A DNA stretch of 64,000 bases. Source: Alphaproteobacteria bacterium (GTDB lineage: Bacteria > Pseudomonadota > Alphaproteobacteria > CAAGCB01 > CAG-977). Each line of letters begins with the position of its first letter. Position 1 is the stretch's first letter. The position numbers were made by a program, and so were the translations under genes. The notes beneath the pieces are model-generated. The model saw nothing but the letters and a program-made list of their open reading frames with translations. It had not been told where the DNA came from and did no database searches. The stretch lies in NCBI GenBank assembly GCA_024407875.1, contig JAKSVT010000001.1:117091-181090 (forward strand), in the 5' to 3' direction. Below, piece by piece: positions 23,280 to 34,159 of the stretch.

Positions 23280-23597
23280 ATGTTAAAAAAATTAATTTTG
23301 GCTATAACTTTAGTATTTTTGTCAGGATGTATGCAAACTCAGGTTAGATTTGCAGGATATATTCCAAGTGAACCAACTTATTCAAAATTCCACCATTATA
23401 GAGGAAATGATGTTGATCCTGTAAGAATTTGTGGAAGATTAGATAATATTGCTATGGTTGAAGAAACAGAGAATTTTATATCAGCATTGGTAAGAACAAT
23501 ATTATTTGATTTGTGGCAGCCAACATATGTAAATGTTTACTGTAAACAAGATCCAGAAAAGTTAGGAGATAATTCTACAAAGAAAATTAATAATTGA
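23280..23597 (+). CDS. small lipoprotein, hypothetical
   Basis: Lipobox LVFLSGC after the signal peptide. Confidence 0.45.
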   Translation: MLKKLILAITLVFLSGCMQTQVRFAGYIPSEPTYSKFHHYRGNDVDPVRICGRLDNIAMVEETENFISALVRTILFDLWQPTYVNVYCKQDPEKLGDNSTKKINN

Positions 23598-23611
23598 ACG
23601 GATTATAATAA

Positions 23612-23645
23612 AGGCGAGAATTAAATATTCTCGCCTTAAATAATT
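23612..23645. terminator. bidirectional rho-independent terminator between convergent genes
   Basis: Stem ggcgagaat / attctcgcc (9 bp) with loop taaat, flanked by A-rich sequence on the left and T-rich on the right. Confidence 0.6.
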
Positions 23646-23649
23646 TAAA

Positions 23650-24402
23650 TTAGAAATAGAATTTTACGCCACCAGCACCTTCAGAAATAGACTTGAAGGC
23701 ATTTTTATTTCTTTTATCTTTATCGTAAGTAACCATTTTTACAAAATGACCATCGGCATATAAGGAAACATTTTCGTTGATTTTGTATTCTAAACCACCA
23801 CCAACTCTAACACCTGTATGTTTTTCTTCTTGTTCTTTCCAAGAATGGCCATTATGTTTTGATCTTGTTTTAAATTCATAATAGCCAACACCTGTGGATG
23901 TGAAGAAATCTAATTTGTTTGTTAATGGGAAAATCAAATTAATATCACCGCCTACAGAGAAGAATGAGAATTCATATTTATCTTTATCGCCAGTTGTGTG
24001 GTTTTTAATTGTTGTATCATTTGTTGAAGATTGTTCAGCATATGCTCTTGCACCAATAGCAAATCTTTCAAATAAGTTGTATCTAAATCCAAGTTCGCCT
24101 GAAAAAGTAGCAAAACCTTTGCTATAATCCATATCATCTAAGGTTTTATATTCACCTTCAGATTTGAGGTATTTTGGAGCGTCTTTTTTATAATTTACAT
24201 TAGCACCACCAATTTTTAAACCAATAAAATATTGAAAATCTGGTGTAGATCTATGTTTGTTGTTTAAATAGGTTTGTTCTTTTCTGCTTTGTGAAATTTG
24301 TTGGTTGCTAACTTTTTGATTGTATGAAGAAGCAGCCAAAGCAGAGTTTGAAAATAACACTAAACTCGAAAGAGCTGTTAGTGCTAACAATGTCCTTTTC
24401 AT
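23650..24402 (-). CDS. outer-membrane beta-barrel protein (OmpA-like/OmpW-Opacity type)
   Basis: Signal peptide MKRTLLALTALSSLVLFSNSALA, alternating amphipathic strands and a C-terminal aromatic (KFYF). The start is probably the internal ATG (MKRTLL), not 24432. Confidence 0.6.
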   Translation of the reverse strand: MKRTLLALTALSSLVLFSNSALAASSYNQKVSNQQISQSRKEQTYLNNKHRSTPDFQYFIGLKIGGANVNYKKDAPKYLKSEGEYKTLDDMDYSKGFATFSGELGFRYNLFERFAIGARAYAEQSSTNDTTIKNHTTGDKDKYEFSFFSVGGDINLIFPLTNKLDFFTSTGVGYYEFKTRSKHNGHSWKEQEEKHTGVRVGGGLEYKINENVSLYADGHFVKMVTYDKDKRNKNAFKSISEGAGGVKFYF

Positions 24403-24535
24403 GTAAAATCTCCATTGAAATAAGTTAATCAAGTGAGTAAATTTATAGCATTAAATGGTTACATATATGTAAATATTGTGTTATAGATTTTAGAAAAATA
24501 TACTAAACATTTAACTTGTTGAAAGAACGTAAAAA

Positions 24536-27118
24536 ATGTCTCCAAAAACGGTTTATTCAGAAGATTATAAAAAGCCTGATTTTCAAATTAAAAATGTTGA
24601 TATTTCATTTGAGTTAGATAGTGAAAATACGCGTGTTGTAACAAAAATGGATGTGTATAAAAACATTGCTTGTAAGAAAAAAGCCAAAATGTGGCTTGAT
24701 GGAGATGAAGTAGAATTAATATCCATAAAAGTTAATGGAAAAGAATTATCAAAAGATGAATATGTATTAAATGAAGAGGGAATAAGTTTATTAAAGCCAT
24801 TTGATAAATTTGAATTATTAATTGAAACAAAAATAAATCCAAAGGCTAATACAAAATTACAAGGTTTATATGAGTCAAATGGAGTGCTTTGTACTAAGTG
24901 TGAAACGCATGGTTTTAGGAGAATAACTTTTTATCCTGATAGACCAGATGTTATGCCTACTTGGAGAACAACTTTAATTGCAGATAAAAATAAATATCCA
25001 AAGCTTGTTTCAAATGGAAATAAGGAAAGTTTTGAGGAATTAGAAAATGGAAAAATAAGAGCAGTTTTTTATGATCCTATTCCTAAAGCCAGTTATTTGT
25101 TCGCAGTTGTTGCTGGGGATTTAGATGAAGTTAATGATAGTTTTACAACAGTTCTTGGTAAAAATGTTCAGATAAATGTTTTTGTTGAAAAAGGAAAGGG
25201 TAATCTTTGTGGATATGCTATTGATTCATTAAAAAGAGCAATGCGTTGGGATGAAAAAACATTTGGAAGAATTTATGATCATGATGTTTTTAATATAGTT
25301 GCTGTTTCTAATTTTAATTCTGGAGCTTGTGAAAATACATCGTTAAATATTTTTAATGATAAATATATTTTATCAAGTCCATTGTTAGCAACTGATAGTG
25401 ATTATGAAAATATTGAAAGCGTAGTAGCTCATGAATATTTTCATAACTGGTCAGGTAATAGAGTTACTTTAAGACAGTGGTTTGATCTAACATTAAAAGA
25501 AGGCCTAACAGTTTATAGGGATCAAGAATTTTCATCTGATGTTAGGTCTAGAGCTGTTAAAAGAATAGATGATGTTTTCGAATTAAGAGCTGGGCAATTT
25601 GTTCAAGATTCTGGTCCTTTAGCGCATCCTATTAGACCAAGTAGCTATATAAGTGTTCGTTCATTATACACAAGTACTGTTTACAATAAAGGTGCTGAAG
25701 TTATTCGTATGATGGAAAGAATGGTTGGAAAAGAACGTTTTAGGAAAGGAATGGATTTATATTTTTCAAAAAATGATGGAAAAGCAGTTTCTTGTAAAGA
25801 TTTTGTAGATGCAATTAGTGAGGGAGCTGAAATAGATTTAGAACAGTTTTATAAAACATGGTATTTACAAGCAGGTACTCCAAATGTTGTTGTAAAAACA
25901 AAATATTATGAAAAAAAGAAAAAATATATTTTAGAATTAACTCAAAATAATTTGCCATCACCAGGCCAAAAGCACAAGAAACCTTTTGTTATTCCATTAG
26001 AAATAGGATTGCTTGATAATAATGGAAATGATGTTTTATCAAAAGTGATAGTGCTTTATAAAAATAAGCAAAAATTTGTTTTTGAAAATATTTTAAATAA
26101 TCCTGTTTTATCAATTAATAGGGGATTTACTGCCCCTGTAAATATTGTAAGATCTTTAAGTAATTTTGAAAAAGTTTTACTTATGAAAAAAGATAAGGAT
26201 TTGTTTAATAGATGGGATGCTGCTCAAGGCTTTTCTATGGATATTTTATTAGATCTAGTAGCTAGCATTAAAAATAATAAAAAATTAGAAATTCCTTTTG
26301 AATATGTTGAGACTTTGAAAGAGTTTTTAAAACAAGAAGATTTAGATAAATCATTTGTAGCAAAAGCTATGAAATTACCGTCTATAAAAGCTATTTGTGA
26401 AAAGTTAGATGTAATTGATGTAAATGCTGTTGAAGAAGCTAGAAGTTATTTTAAAAAGATCATAGCTAATGAATTAAAGGATGAATTTTTAAGTGTATAT
26501 CAAAATAATAAAACTGATGGAGAATATGAGCCTAATGTAATTGATAATGGAAAAAGAGCTTTAAAAAATGTAGCATTATCATATTTATCTGTTTTGAGTT
26601 TAGATCTAGCAAAAAAGCAATATTTTGATTGTAAAATTATGAATGATAAATTAGCTGCTTTTATGATGTTCGTTAATGAAGAAACAAATGAAGCTCAAGA
26701 GATTATAGATGATTTTTATAAGGAATATAAAGGTCATTCTTTGGTCGTTGATAAATGGATGAGTATTTTAGCTTTAAATGGGGCAAATGCATTAAATAGA
26801 GTTAAAAAGTTATTGGCTCATGAATGTTTTGATATAAAAAATCCAAATAAAGTTAGAGCGTTAATTAATTCTTTTGGTGCAAATATGGAAGCTCTACATA
26901 AGGAAGATGGTTCTGGATATGATTTTATTGTAGAACAAACTTTAGCAGTAGATAAAATAAATCCTCAAGTAGCAGCTATTATTCCTCAATGTTTAGGTAA
27001 ATGGAAAAAATTTAATGAAAAGCATCAAGATTTAATGAGAAATGCTTTAAATAAAATCTTAGAAACAAAGGGCTTGTCGCCTAATACATTTGAAGTTGTT
27101 TCTAAAATTCTAAATTAG
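24536..27118 (+). CDS. pepN: aminopeptidase N (M1 family)
   Basis: HEYFHNWSGNRVT...E zinc motif and GAMEN-like region in 860 aa. Confidence 0.9.
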   Translation: MSPKTVYSEDYKKPDFQIKNVDISFELDSENTRVVTKMDVYKNIACKKKAKMWLDGDEVELISIKVNGKELSKDEYVLNEEGISLLKPFDKFELLIETKINPKANTKLQGLYESNGVLCTKCETHGFRRITFYPDRPDVMPTWRTTLIADKNKYPKLVSNGNKESFEELENGKIRAVFYDPIPKASYLFAVVAGDLDEVNDSFTTVLGKNVQINVFVEKGKGNLCGYAIDSLKRAMRWDEKTFGRIYDHDVFNIVAVSNFNSGACENTSLNIFNDKYILSSPLLATDSDYENIESVVAHEYFHNWSGNRVTLRQWFDLTLKEGLTVYRDQEFSSDVRSRAVKRIDDVFELRAGQFVQDSGPLAHPIRPSSYISVRSLYTSTVYNKGAEVIRMMERMVGKERFRKGMDLYFSKNDGKAVSCKDFVDAISEGAEIDLEQFYKTWYLQAGTPNVVVKTKYYEKKKKYILELTQNNLPSPGQKHKKPFVIPLEIGLLDNNGNDVLSKVIVLYKNKQKFVFENILNNPVLSINRGFTAPVNIVRSLSNFEKVLLMKKDKDLFNRWDAAQGFSMDILLDLVASIKNNKKLEIPFEYVETLKEFLKQEDLDKSFVAKAMKLPSIKAICEKLDVIDVNAVEEARSYFKKIIANELKDEFLSVYQNNKTDGEYEPNVIDNGKRALKNVALSYLSVLSLDLAKKQYFDCKIMNDKLAAFMMFVNEETNEAQEIIDDFYKEYKGHSLVVDKWMSILALNGANALNRVKKLLAHECFDIKNPNKVRALINSFGANMEALHKEDGSGYDFIVEQTLAVDKINPQVAAIIPQCLGKWKKFNEKHQDLMRNALNKILETKGLSPNTFEVVSKILN

Positions 27119-27217
27119 ATGAAAATAAAATAAAAAATAGTTTTTGTATTTGTAGAATTTGGTTTATATTCATTTTCAAATTTTGAATATTCTTATGGAA
27201 ATAAAAAGGAAAAAAAT

Positions 27218-28597
27218 ATGGCTTTAAGAAAATTATTTGGAACAGATGGTGTTCGTGGAAAAGCTAATCAATATCCAGTAACTGCTGAAATTGCTTTAAA
27301 ATTAGGTATGGCTGCTGGTTCTTTGTTCTCTAAAAATGAAAAAAGAAGAGGTAAAGTTGTTATTGGAAAAGATACTAGATTATCAGGCTATATGTTAGAA
27401 TCAGCTTTGGTTGCTGGTTTTACAGCAGTAGGAATGGATGTTGTAAAATTAGGACCTTTACCAACACCAGCTGTAGCTATGTTAACTCGTTCTATGAGAG
27501 CTGATTTAGGTGTAGTTATTTCTGCAAGTCATAATCCTTACGAAGATAATGGTATTAAATTCTTTGGTCCTGATGGCTACAAATTATCAGATGAAGTTGA
27601 AGCTTCAATTGAAGAAAAAATCTTTGCTGATACAGATTTGTTAGCTGTTCCATCTTGTGATATTGGTCAAGTAAAACAAATGGACGATGCTGTAGGTCGT
27701 TATATTGAATATGTTAAAAATACATTCCCAAGAGGAAAACGCCTTGATGGTTTAAAAGTTGTTTTAGACTGTGCTAATGGTGCTTCATATAGAGTTGCTC
27801 CTACAGTACTATCAGAATTAGGTGCAGAATTAGTTACAATTGCTGTTAACCCAGATGGTAGAAACATTAATAAAGATTGTGGAGCTGTTCATACAGATCA
27901 AATGTGCGCAAAGGTAGTAGAAGTTGGCGCAGATATTGGTATTGCATTAGACGGTGATGCAGATAGATTGATTGTTTGCGATGAAAAAGGTCAAGTTATT
28001 GATGGCGATCAAATTATTGCTTTAGTAAGTCGTGAATGGAAAAAATCAGGCATTTTACAAGGTGAAGGCGTTGTTACAACAGTTATGAGTAACTTGGGCT
28101 TAGAAAGATATTTAAAAGGTCAAGGTTTAAAGCATATTAGAACAACTGTAGGTGATAGATACGTTGTAGAAAAAATGCGCTCAGATAACTATAATTTAGG
28201 TGGTGAACAATCAGGTCATTTAATTTTAGGAGCTCATTCAACAACAGGAGATGGGTTGGTAGCAGCATTACAGGTATGCGCAGTAGTTACACGTGAAAAG
28301 AGAAAAACAAGTGAAGTAATGCATTTGTTTGAACCTGTTCCTCAATTATTAAAGAATGTTCGTTTGTCAGATAGAACATTAGCAACAGCAGCTTTAAATA
28401 GCGATACAATGAAGATTGCTATTGATAAAACAGAAAGAGCTTTAGGTGATAATGGAAGATTGTTGATTCGTGCAAGTGGTACAGAACCATTAATCCGCAT
28501 TATGTTGGAAGGTGAAGACTTAAATCAAATTAAACAAATGGCTGATGATTTAGCTAATATTTTAGTATCTGAAGTTAAAGCTTTAGGCGGCGAATAA
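27218..28597 (+). CDS. glmM: phosphoglucosamine mutase
   Basis: Active-site [14 protein letters not shown] in 459 aa. Confidence 0.9.
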   Translation: MALRKLFGTDGVRGKANQYPVTAEIALKLGMAAGSLFSKNEKRRGKVVIGKDTRLSGYMLESALVAGFTAVGMDVVKLGPLPTPAVAMLTRSMRADLGVVISASHNPYEDNGIKFFGPDGYKLSDEVEASIEEKIFADTDLLAVPSCDIGQVKQMDDAVGRYIEYVKNTFPRGKRLDGLKVVLDCANGASYRVAPTVLSELGAELVTIAVNPDGRNINKDCGAVHTDQMCAKVVEVGADIGIALDGDADRLIVCDEKGQVIDGDQIIALVSREWKKSGILQGEGVVTTVMSNLGLERYLKGQGLKHIRTTVGDRYVVEKMRSDNYNLGGEQSGHLILGAHSTTGDGLVAALQVCAVVTREKRKTSEVMHLFEPVPQLLKNVRLSDRTLATAALNSDTMKIAIDKTERALGDNGRLLIRASGTEPLIRIMLEGEDLNQIKQMADDLANILVSEVKALGGE

Positions 28598-28623
28598 TTT
28601 ATTTTAAAAAGGATTTTAGTAAA

Positions 28624-29778
28624 ATGAAACCAAGTAAGAAAACTGTATGTCCTAATTTTTCTTCAGGTCCATGTGCAAAAAGACCTGGATGGAAAGCTGA
28701 AAATTTATTCATTAACGATTTAGGAAGATCTCATAGATCTGATTTAGGCCATGAAAGATTAAAGCTTTGCATTGATTTAATGAGAGAAGTTTTACAAGTT
28801 CCTCAAGATTATAGAATTGGCATTTTGCCAGCTTCAGATACTGGTGCTATTGAAGCTGCTATGTGGTCTTTATTAGGTCCACGTGGCATTGATGTATTTG
28901 CTTGGGATACATTTGGTAAAAATTGGTATAAGGATATTAAAGATCAATTGCATTTAACAGATTTAAATGCTTACGTAGCACCTTATGGTGAATTGCCTGA
29001 TTTATCAAAAGCTGATTTTAATCGTGATATCGTATTTACATGGAATGGTACAACATCAGGTGTATGTATTCCAAATGGGGATTGGATTAAATCAGATAGA
29101 CAAGGCTTAACAATTTGTGATGCTACATCTGGTGCATTTGCTATGGATTTGCCTTGGGATAAATTAGATGTTACAACATTTTCATGGCAAAAGGCTTTAG
29201 GTGGAGAAGCTGCTCATGGTGTTATTATTTTGTCTCCTAGAGCTGTTGAAAGATTAACTTCATATACACCTTCATGGCCAATGCCAAAAATTTTTAGAAT
29301 GACAAATAATAATGAATTGATCGAAGGTATATTTGTTGGTGATACAATTAATACACCATCAATGCTTTGTGTTGAAGATTTTATCGATGCTTTAACTTGG
29401 GCTAAGTCTGTTGGTGGCTTAAAAGGATTAATGAAAAGATCTAGAGATTCTTATAATGCTGTAGCAGAATTTGTTAAGAAAACTTCTTGGATTGAATTTT
29501 TAGCTGAAGATGAAAGCTATCGTTCTAATACATCTGTATGCTTAAAAGTTGTTTCTGAAGAATTTAAAAAATTAGATGCAGATAGTCAAAAAGCATTTTG
29601 TAAGAAAATTACAAAAATGTTAGCTCAAGAAGGTGTTGCATACGATTGCAATTCTTATAAAGATGCTCCAGTAGGATTTAGAATTTGGTGTGGCGCAACA
29701 ATTGAGACATCAGATGTTAAAATCTTATTAGAATGGCTTGATTGGGCTTATAATAGCGTATTAGCGGAAAATAATTAA
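28624..29778 (+). CDS. serC: phosphoserine aminotransferase (alphaproteobacterial type)
   Basis: NFSSGPCAKRPGW N-terminus and class-V aminotransferase features in 384 aa. Confidence 0.7.
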   Translation: MKPSKKTVCPNFSSGPCAKRPGWKAENLFINDLGRSHRSDLGHERLKLCIDLMREVLQVPQDYRIGILPASDTGAIEAAMWSLLGPRGIDVFAWDTFGKNWYKDIKDQLHLTDLNAYVAPYGELPDLSKADFNRDIVFTWNGTTSGVCIPNGDWIKSDRQGLTICDATSGAFAMDLPWDKLDVTTFSWQKALGGEAAHGVIILSPRAVERLTSYTPSWPMPKIFRMTNNNELIEGIFVGDTINTPSMLCVEDFIDALTWAKSVGGLKGLMKRSRDSYNAVAEFVKKTSWIEFLAEDESYRSNTSVCLKVVSEEFKKLDADSQKAFCKKITKMLAQEGVAYDCNSYKDAPVGFRIWCGATIETSDVKILLEWLDWAYNSVLAENN

Positions 29779-29779
29779 T

Positions 29780-31036
29780 ATGGCTGATTGTTGTAAAGCA
29801 AAAGTATTTGATTTAGGAGCTCAAGGCGACGGTTTAATCAAATTAGATGGAAAAAATGTCTTTGTTTCTTCTGTATGTAAAGATGAAGAAATAGAATATG
29901 AATTGGTTAGTGAAAATAGAGCTAAATTAATTAATGTTCTAAAAGCTTCGAAAGACAGAATTTCTGAAGTTTGTCCTTTTGCAAAAATATGTGGAGGATG
30001 TGCTTTACAACATTTAAGTAAAGAAGCATATAGGGCTCATAAATTAAGATATTTTAAGCAAAGCTTTCCTGAATTTATGCCTTTGCCGGAAATGGATGAG
30101 CCTGCTTTTATTGATGCAAAATCAAGAAGAAGAGTATCTTTTGCTATTGCGTGGAATGGATTTAGTAAATGGCTCGGATTAAATCCAAAGCAAAGTGATA
30201 AGATATTAGAAATAGATAGTTGTTTTATATTAGTTCCTGAATTAGAAAAGTTAATAGTTCCATTAAGGGAATTAGTAAAAGGTAAAACATTTCCAGTTCA
30301 AAAGAAAAAAGGGGTAGGAGATGTTTCTTTAACACTTACTAATTCTGGTGTTGATATATTGTTTACTCTTCCATTTAATTGTTCTGATGAATTTAGAAAT
30401 TCTTTGTTTGAGTTCGCAAATAAGTATTCTATAGCAAGAATTTCTTGGCGACTAAATGAGAAGTCTTATATAGATCCAATTTTGCAAAATATTGTACCTA
30501 GTTTAAACATAAATGATTTTATTTTAAAACCTCCTGCTGGTGTATTTTTACAACCAAGTGTTGAAGGAGAAAAAGCACTACAAGAAACTGTTGTTGAATA
30601 TGTAGGAAAATCAAAAAAAATTTTGGATTTGTTTTGTGGAGCAGGTACATTTAGTTTAGCTTTGTTACAAAAGAAGAGAGTTATTAAAGGTGCAGATAAT
30701 GCTTCTTTGGCTTTAGAAAGTTTAAAGAAAGCTTCTGAGGGACGTATAGAAACATTTGATAGAGACCTCTTTAAAACGCCAATGTTCCCTGATGAAATGG
30801 AAGACTATGATTGTGTAATCTTCGACCCTCCTAGAGCAGGTGCGAAAGCACAAGCTGAGCAAATAGCAGCTTCTCAAATTAAAACTGTTGTAGCAGTGTC
30901 TTGCAATCCAGAGACGTTTGCAAGAGATGCTAATATTTTAATTTCAGGTGGATATGAAATGGTAATTTTAAAACCAGTTGATCAATTTGTATGGTCAAAT
31001 CATATAGAATTGGTTGCAAAATTTATTAAGAGGTAA
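29780..31036 (+). CDS. RNA (uracil-5)-methyltransferase, RlmD/RumA family
   Basis: TRAM-like N-terminus, Cys cluster CPFAKICGGCALQH and SAM MTase DPPRAG. Confidence 0.7.
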   Translation: MADCCKAKVFDLGAQGDGLIKLDGKNVFVSSVCKDEEIEYELVSENRAKLINVLKASKDRISEVCPFAKICGGCALQHLSKEAYRAHKLRYFKQSFPEFMPLPEMDEPAFIDAKSRRRVSFAIAWNGFSKWLGLNPKQSDKILEIDSCFILVPELEKLIVPLRELVKGKTFPVQKKKGVGDVSLTLTNSGVDILFTLPFNCSDEFRNSLFEFANKYSIARISWRLNEKSYIDPILQNIVPSLNINDFILKPPAGVFLQPSVEGEKALQETVVEYVGKSKKILDLFCGAGTFSLALLQKKRVIKGADNASLALESLKKASEGRIETFDRDLFKTPMFPDEMEDYDCVIFDPPRAGAKAQAEQIAASQIKTVVAVSCNPETFARDANILISGGYEMVILKPVDQFVWSNHIELVAKFIKR

Positions 31037-31038
31037 TT

Positions 31039-31623
31039 ATGATTACTCTTTTAAATTATGGTGGTGGAAATTTACAAAGCGTAGCAAATTTAATGAACTC
31101 GTTAAATGTAGACTACGAAATTACTAATGATACGAAAAAGATTTTAAATGCTGAAAAAATAATATTCCCAGGGCAAGGTCATTTTGGAAATGTTATGGAA
31201 AATTTAAAGAAAAATAAATTAGATGAAGCTCTAAAAACAGCTCTTAATAGAGGTGTTCCTTTTTTAGGAATATGTGTAGGTTTACAGGTGTTGTTTGAAA
31301 GCTCTCAGGAAGCTGTAGGAGTTGAAGGATTATCAATATTTAAAGGTGGATGTGAGAGATTTACTAAAGGAAAAGTTCCTCAAATAGGATGGAATAGAAT
31401 AAAAGTTCAAAATAATAATACGATATTAAATGATGATTATTTTTATTTTGTAAATTCCTATCATGTTGTAGCTAAAGATGAAAGTATTGTTTCTTCCAAA
31501 GCTAATTATTATGACGATTTTGTAGCTTCTGTTGAATATAAGAATATTATGGCAACTCAGTTCCATATTGAAAAAAGTGGAAAAGCTGGTGCTGAAGTTA
31601 TAAAGAAATTTTTGCTAAAATAG
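31039..31623 (+). CDS. hisH: imidazole glycerol phosphate synthase, glutamine amidotransferase subunit
   Basis: GICVGLQ catalytic Cys and QFHIEKS triad region. It aligns along its length to E. coli HisH. Confidence 0.8.
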   Translation: MITLLNYGGGNLQSVANLMNSLNVDYEITNDTKKILNAEKIIFPGQGHFGNVMENLKKNKLDEALKTALNRGVPFLGICVGLQVLFESSQEAVGVEGLSIFKGGCERFTKGKVPQIGWNRIKVQNNNTILNDDYFYFVNSYHVVAKDESIVSSKANYYDDFVASVEYKNIMATQFHIEKSGKAGAEVIKKFLLK

Positions 31624-31630
31624 GTAAAGT

Positions 31631-32389
31631 ATGATTACAAAAAGAATTATTCCATGTTTAGATGTTAAAGATGGGCAAACTGTAAAAGGAGTTCAGTTTG
31701 AGAATTTAATTCATGCTGGTGATCCTGTAGAATTAGCAAAAAAATATTTTGAAGATGGTGCTGATGAATTAGTGTTTTTAGACATTACTGCTACTAATGA
31801 TAAAAGAAAAACAATATTAGATGTTGTTGAAAAGGTTGCTAAAAACGTATTTATTCCTTTTACTGTTGGTGGAGGAATAAGATCTGTTCAAGATATTAGA
31901 GATTTGTTAAGTGCTGGAGCTGATAAAGTTTCTTTAAATACAGCTGCAGTTGAAAAACCTGATTTAATTTCTCAAGCATCATCTACATTTGGAGCTCAAT
32001 GTGTAACGGTTTCTGTTGATGTCAGAAAATATGATGGTGAATACTATGTAGTTATTCATGCAGGCCATGAAAAAACAAAATGGAAAGTTTTAGATTGGGT
32101 AAAAGAAATTGAAAATCTAGGGGCTGGAGAAATTTTATTGACCAGTATGGATGCTGATGGAACTAAAAATGGATATGATGTAGAAGTTACAAAATTGGTT
32201 TCAGAAAATACAAATTTGCCAGTTATCGCATCAGGTGGTGCTGGTGCTGATGTAAATCATTTTATCGATGTATTCAAAAATGGAAAAGCTGATGCTGCTT
32301 TGGCTGCATCAATATTTCATTTTGGTTTATTGCCTGTTCCTAAATTAAAAGCAGAACTATGTAAAGCGGGAATAGAAATAAGATTATAA
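31631..32389 (+). CDS. hisF: imidazole glycerol phosphate synthase, cyclase subunit
   Basis: MITKRIIPCLDVKDG N-terminus and TIM-barrel phosphate sites in 252 aa. Confidence 0.85.
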   Translation: MITKRIIPCLDVKDGQTVKGVQFENLIHAGDPVELAKKYFEDGADELVFLDITATNDKRKTILDVVEKVAKNVFIPFTVGGGIRSVQDIRDLLSAGADKVSLNTAAVEKPDLISQASSTFGAQCVTVSVDVRKYDGEYYVVIHAGHEKTKWKVLDWVKEIENLGAGEILLTSMDADGTKNGYDVEVTKLVSENTNLPVIASGGAGADVNHFIDVFKNGKADAALAASIFHFGLLPVPKLKAELCKAGIEIRL

Positions 32390-32396
32390 ATTAATT

Positions 32397-33248
32397 ATGT
32401 GTGATATTTTAAGTTTTGGAGAGGTTTTGTTTGATATGCTTCCTAATGGCAAAAAATTAGGAGGAGCTCCTTTAAATCTTATATATCATGCAATCAATTC
32501 AGGTGTTAATGGCGCTGTAATTAGCTCAATAGGTAATGATGAAAATGGAAAACTTATTTTGAAAGAGATTGAAAATAAGAAAATCCCGTTTTTATTTAAT
32601 GAGTTAAATTATCCAACAGGAACTGTTGATGTAAAATTAGAAAAGGGCATTCCTTCTTATACAATTGTTGAAAATGTCGCATGGGATTACATTGAACTAA
32701 CAAAAGAAGCTATTGAAAATTTAAAAAATACAAAAGTTTTTTGCTATGGAACTTTAGCTGTTAGAAATAAAAAATCTTTTGAAACTTTAAAAGAAGCAAT
32801 TTATTTATGCTCTAAAGACGCTTTAAAATTTTATGATATAAATTTAAGGCCTCCTTTTTACAAAAAGGAAACTATAGAACAACTTTTAAAGTTATGTGAT
32901 GTTTTAAAAATTAATGATGAAGAATTGTCAATTGTTCAATCAAAATTTGTTAATAAGAATTTAGATGTTGATGGCATCTGTCATTATTTAATGCAAAAAT
33001 TTAATATTAAAATTCTTATTCTGACAGCTGGAGATAAATACAGTAAAGTATACACAAAGGAAAATATTTCTTATATAGGAACTCCAAAGACAAAAGTTGT
33101 TGACACAGTTGGCGCAGGAGACGCTTTCTCCGGAGCTTTTTTAGCAAAAATTATACAAGGAAAAACAATTAATGAAGCTCATGAATATGCAGTTCAAATA
33201 GCTTCATTTGTAGTAGAACATGAAGGTGCATGTCCTATATATGAATAA
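32397..33248 (+). CDS. PfkB-family carbohydrate kinase (fructokinase-like)
   Basis: DTVGAGDAFSGAF motif in 283 aa. Confidence 0.7.
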   Translation: MCDILSFGEVLFDMLPNGKKLGGAPLNLIYHAINSGVNGAVISSIGNDENGKLILKEIENKKIPFLFNELNYPTGTVDVKLEKGIPSYTIVENVAWDYIELTKEAIENLKNTKVFCYGTLAVRNKKSFETLKEAIYLCSKDALKFYDINLRPPFYKKETIEQLLKLCDVLKINDEELSIVQSKFVNKNLDVDGICHYLMQKFNIKILILTAGDKYSKVYTKENISYIGTPKTKVVDTVGAGDAFSGAFLAKIIQGKTINEAHEYAVQIASFVVEHEGACPIYE

Positions 33249-33252
33249 TAGA

Positions 33253-34116
33253 TTATAGCTCTATTTCTAAACCTTCGTAAGATAAATGCAAAGATGGATA
33301 TTTTTTGCATAAATCTTTTGCTACATTATCTAAGAATTTATCTGTATGAGCAGGAGAATGATGGAATAAGTAAACGTCTTTTACATTTCCTTTTTTGCTA
33401 AATTCTGCTGCGATCTTTGGAGTAGAATGACCCCATCCAACAAAGTTAGGATATTCTTCATCGGTATAAGTGGAATCATAAATCATAATGTCAGCATCTT
33501 TAATTAAATCTAAAATTCCAGCTTCAAAGGTAGCATCTGAGTGTTCATGATCAGAGATGTAAGCAACAACTTTACCGCAACCTTCAATTCTATATCCGAC
33601 AGCTCCATTTGGATGATTTAATGGGGATGTTTTTATTTTTAATAAGCCATCAAACAATTCAAAAGAATCATTCTTTTTAATATCAAAAAAATTTAATTTG
33701 GATGATAACTTGTCTATTGTTTTTGGAAAATAAGGGCCCATCATTTGGTGATTTAAAGCATCTTTGATGCTCATGTTATCAATACAACCATATACATCAA
33801 TTTTTGAATTTTCTCTAAAAATAGGACAGAAAAATGGAAATCCTATAGTATGATCCCAATGAACGTGAGAAAATAAAATTTTAATGTTTTCCATTTGTTT
33901 TTGGGTAAGTGTATTACCTAAGACTCTAATGCCTGTTCCTGCATCAAGTACAAGAACTTTGTCTTCAAAATTTATAGACACACAAGGGGTATTCCCACCG
34001 TATTTCTGGAATTCTTTTCCTGTACATGGAGTTGATCCCCTCACACCCCAAAACTTTAGAACGGGCTTCATTTCTATGATTCCTTTTGACAATTCTTTTT
34101 TACTATTATAGAACAT
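33253..34116 (-). CDS. MBL-fold metallo-hydrolase (PhnP-like phosphodiesterase family)
   Basis: HVHWDHTIG (HxHxDH), an N-terminal FWGVRGSTP motif, and downstream His/Asp ligands. Confidence 0.65.
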   Translation of the reverse strand: MFYNSKKELSKGIIEMKPVLKFWGVRGSTPCTGKEFQKYGGNTPCVSINFEDKVLVLDAGTGIRVLGNTLTQKQMENIKILFSHVHWDHTIGFPFFCPIFRENSKIDVYGCIDNMSIKDALNHQMMGPYFPKTIDKLSSKLNFFDIKKNDSFELFDGLLKIKTSPLNHPNGAVGYRIEGCGKVVAYISDHEHSDATFEAGILDLIKDADIMIYDSTYTDEEYPNFVGWGHSTPKIAAEFSKKGNVKDVYLFHHSPAHTDKFLDNVAKDLCKKYPSLHLSYEGLEIEL

Positions 34117-34159
34117 AACAAGTTAAATTTGTATTAATTTTTTTAAGTTGGTTAATATT

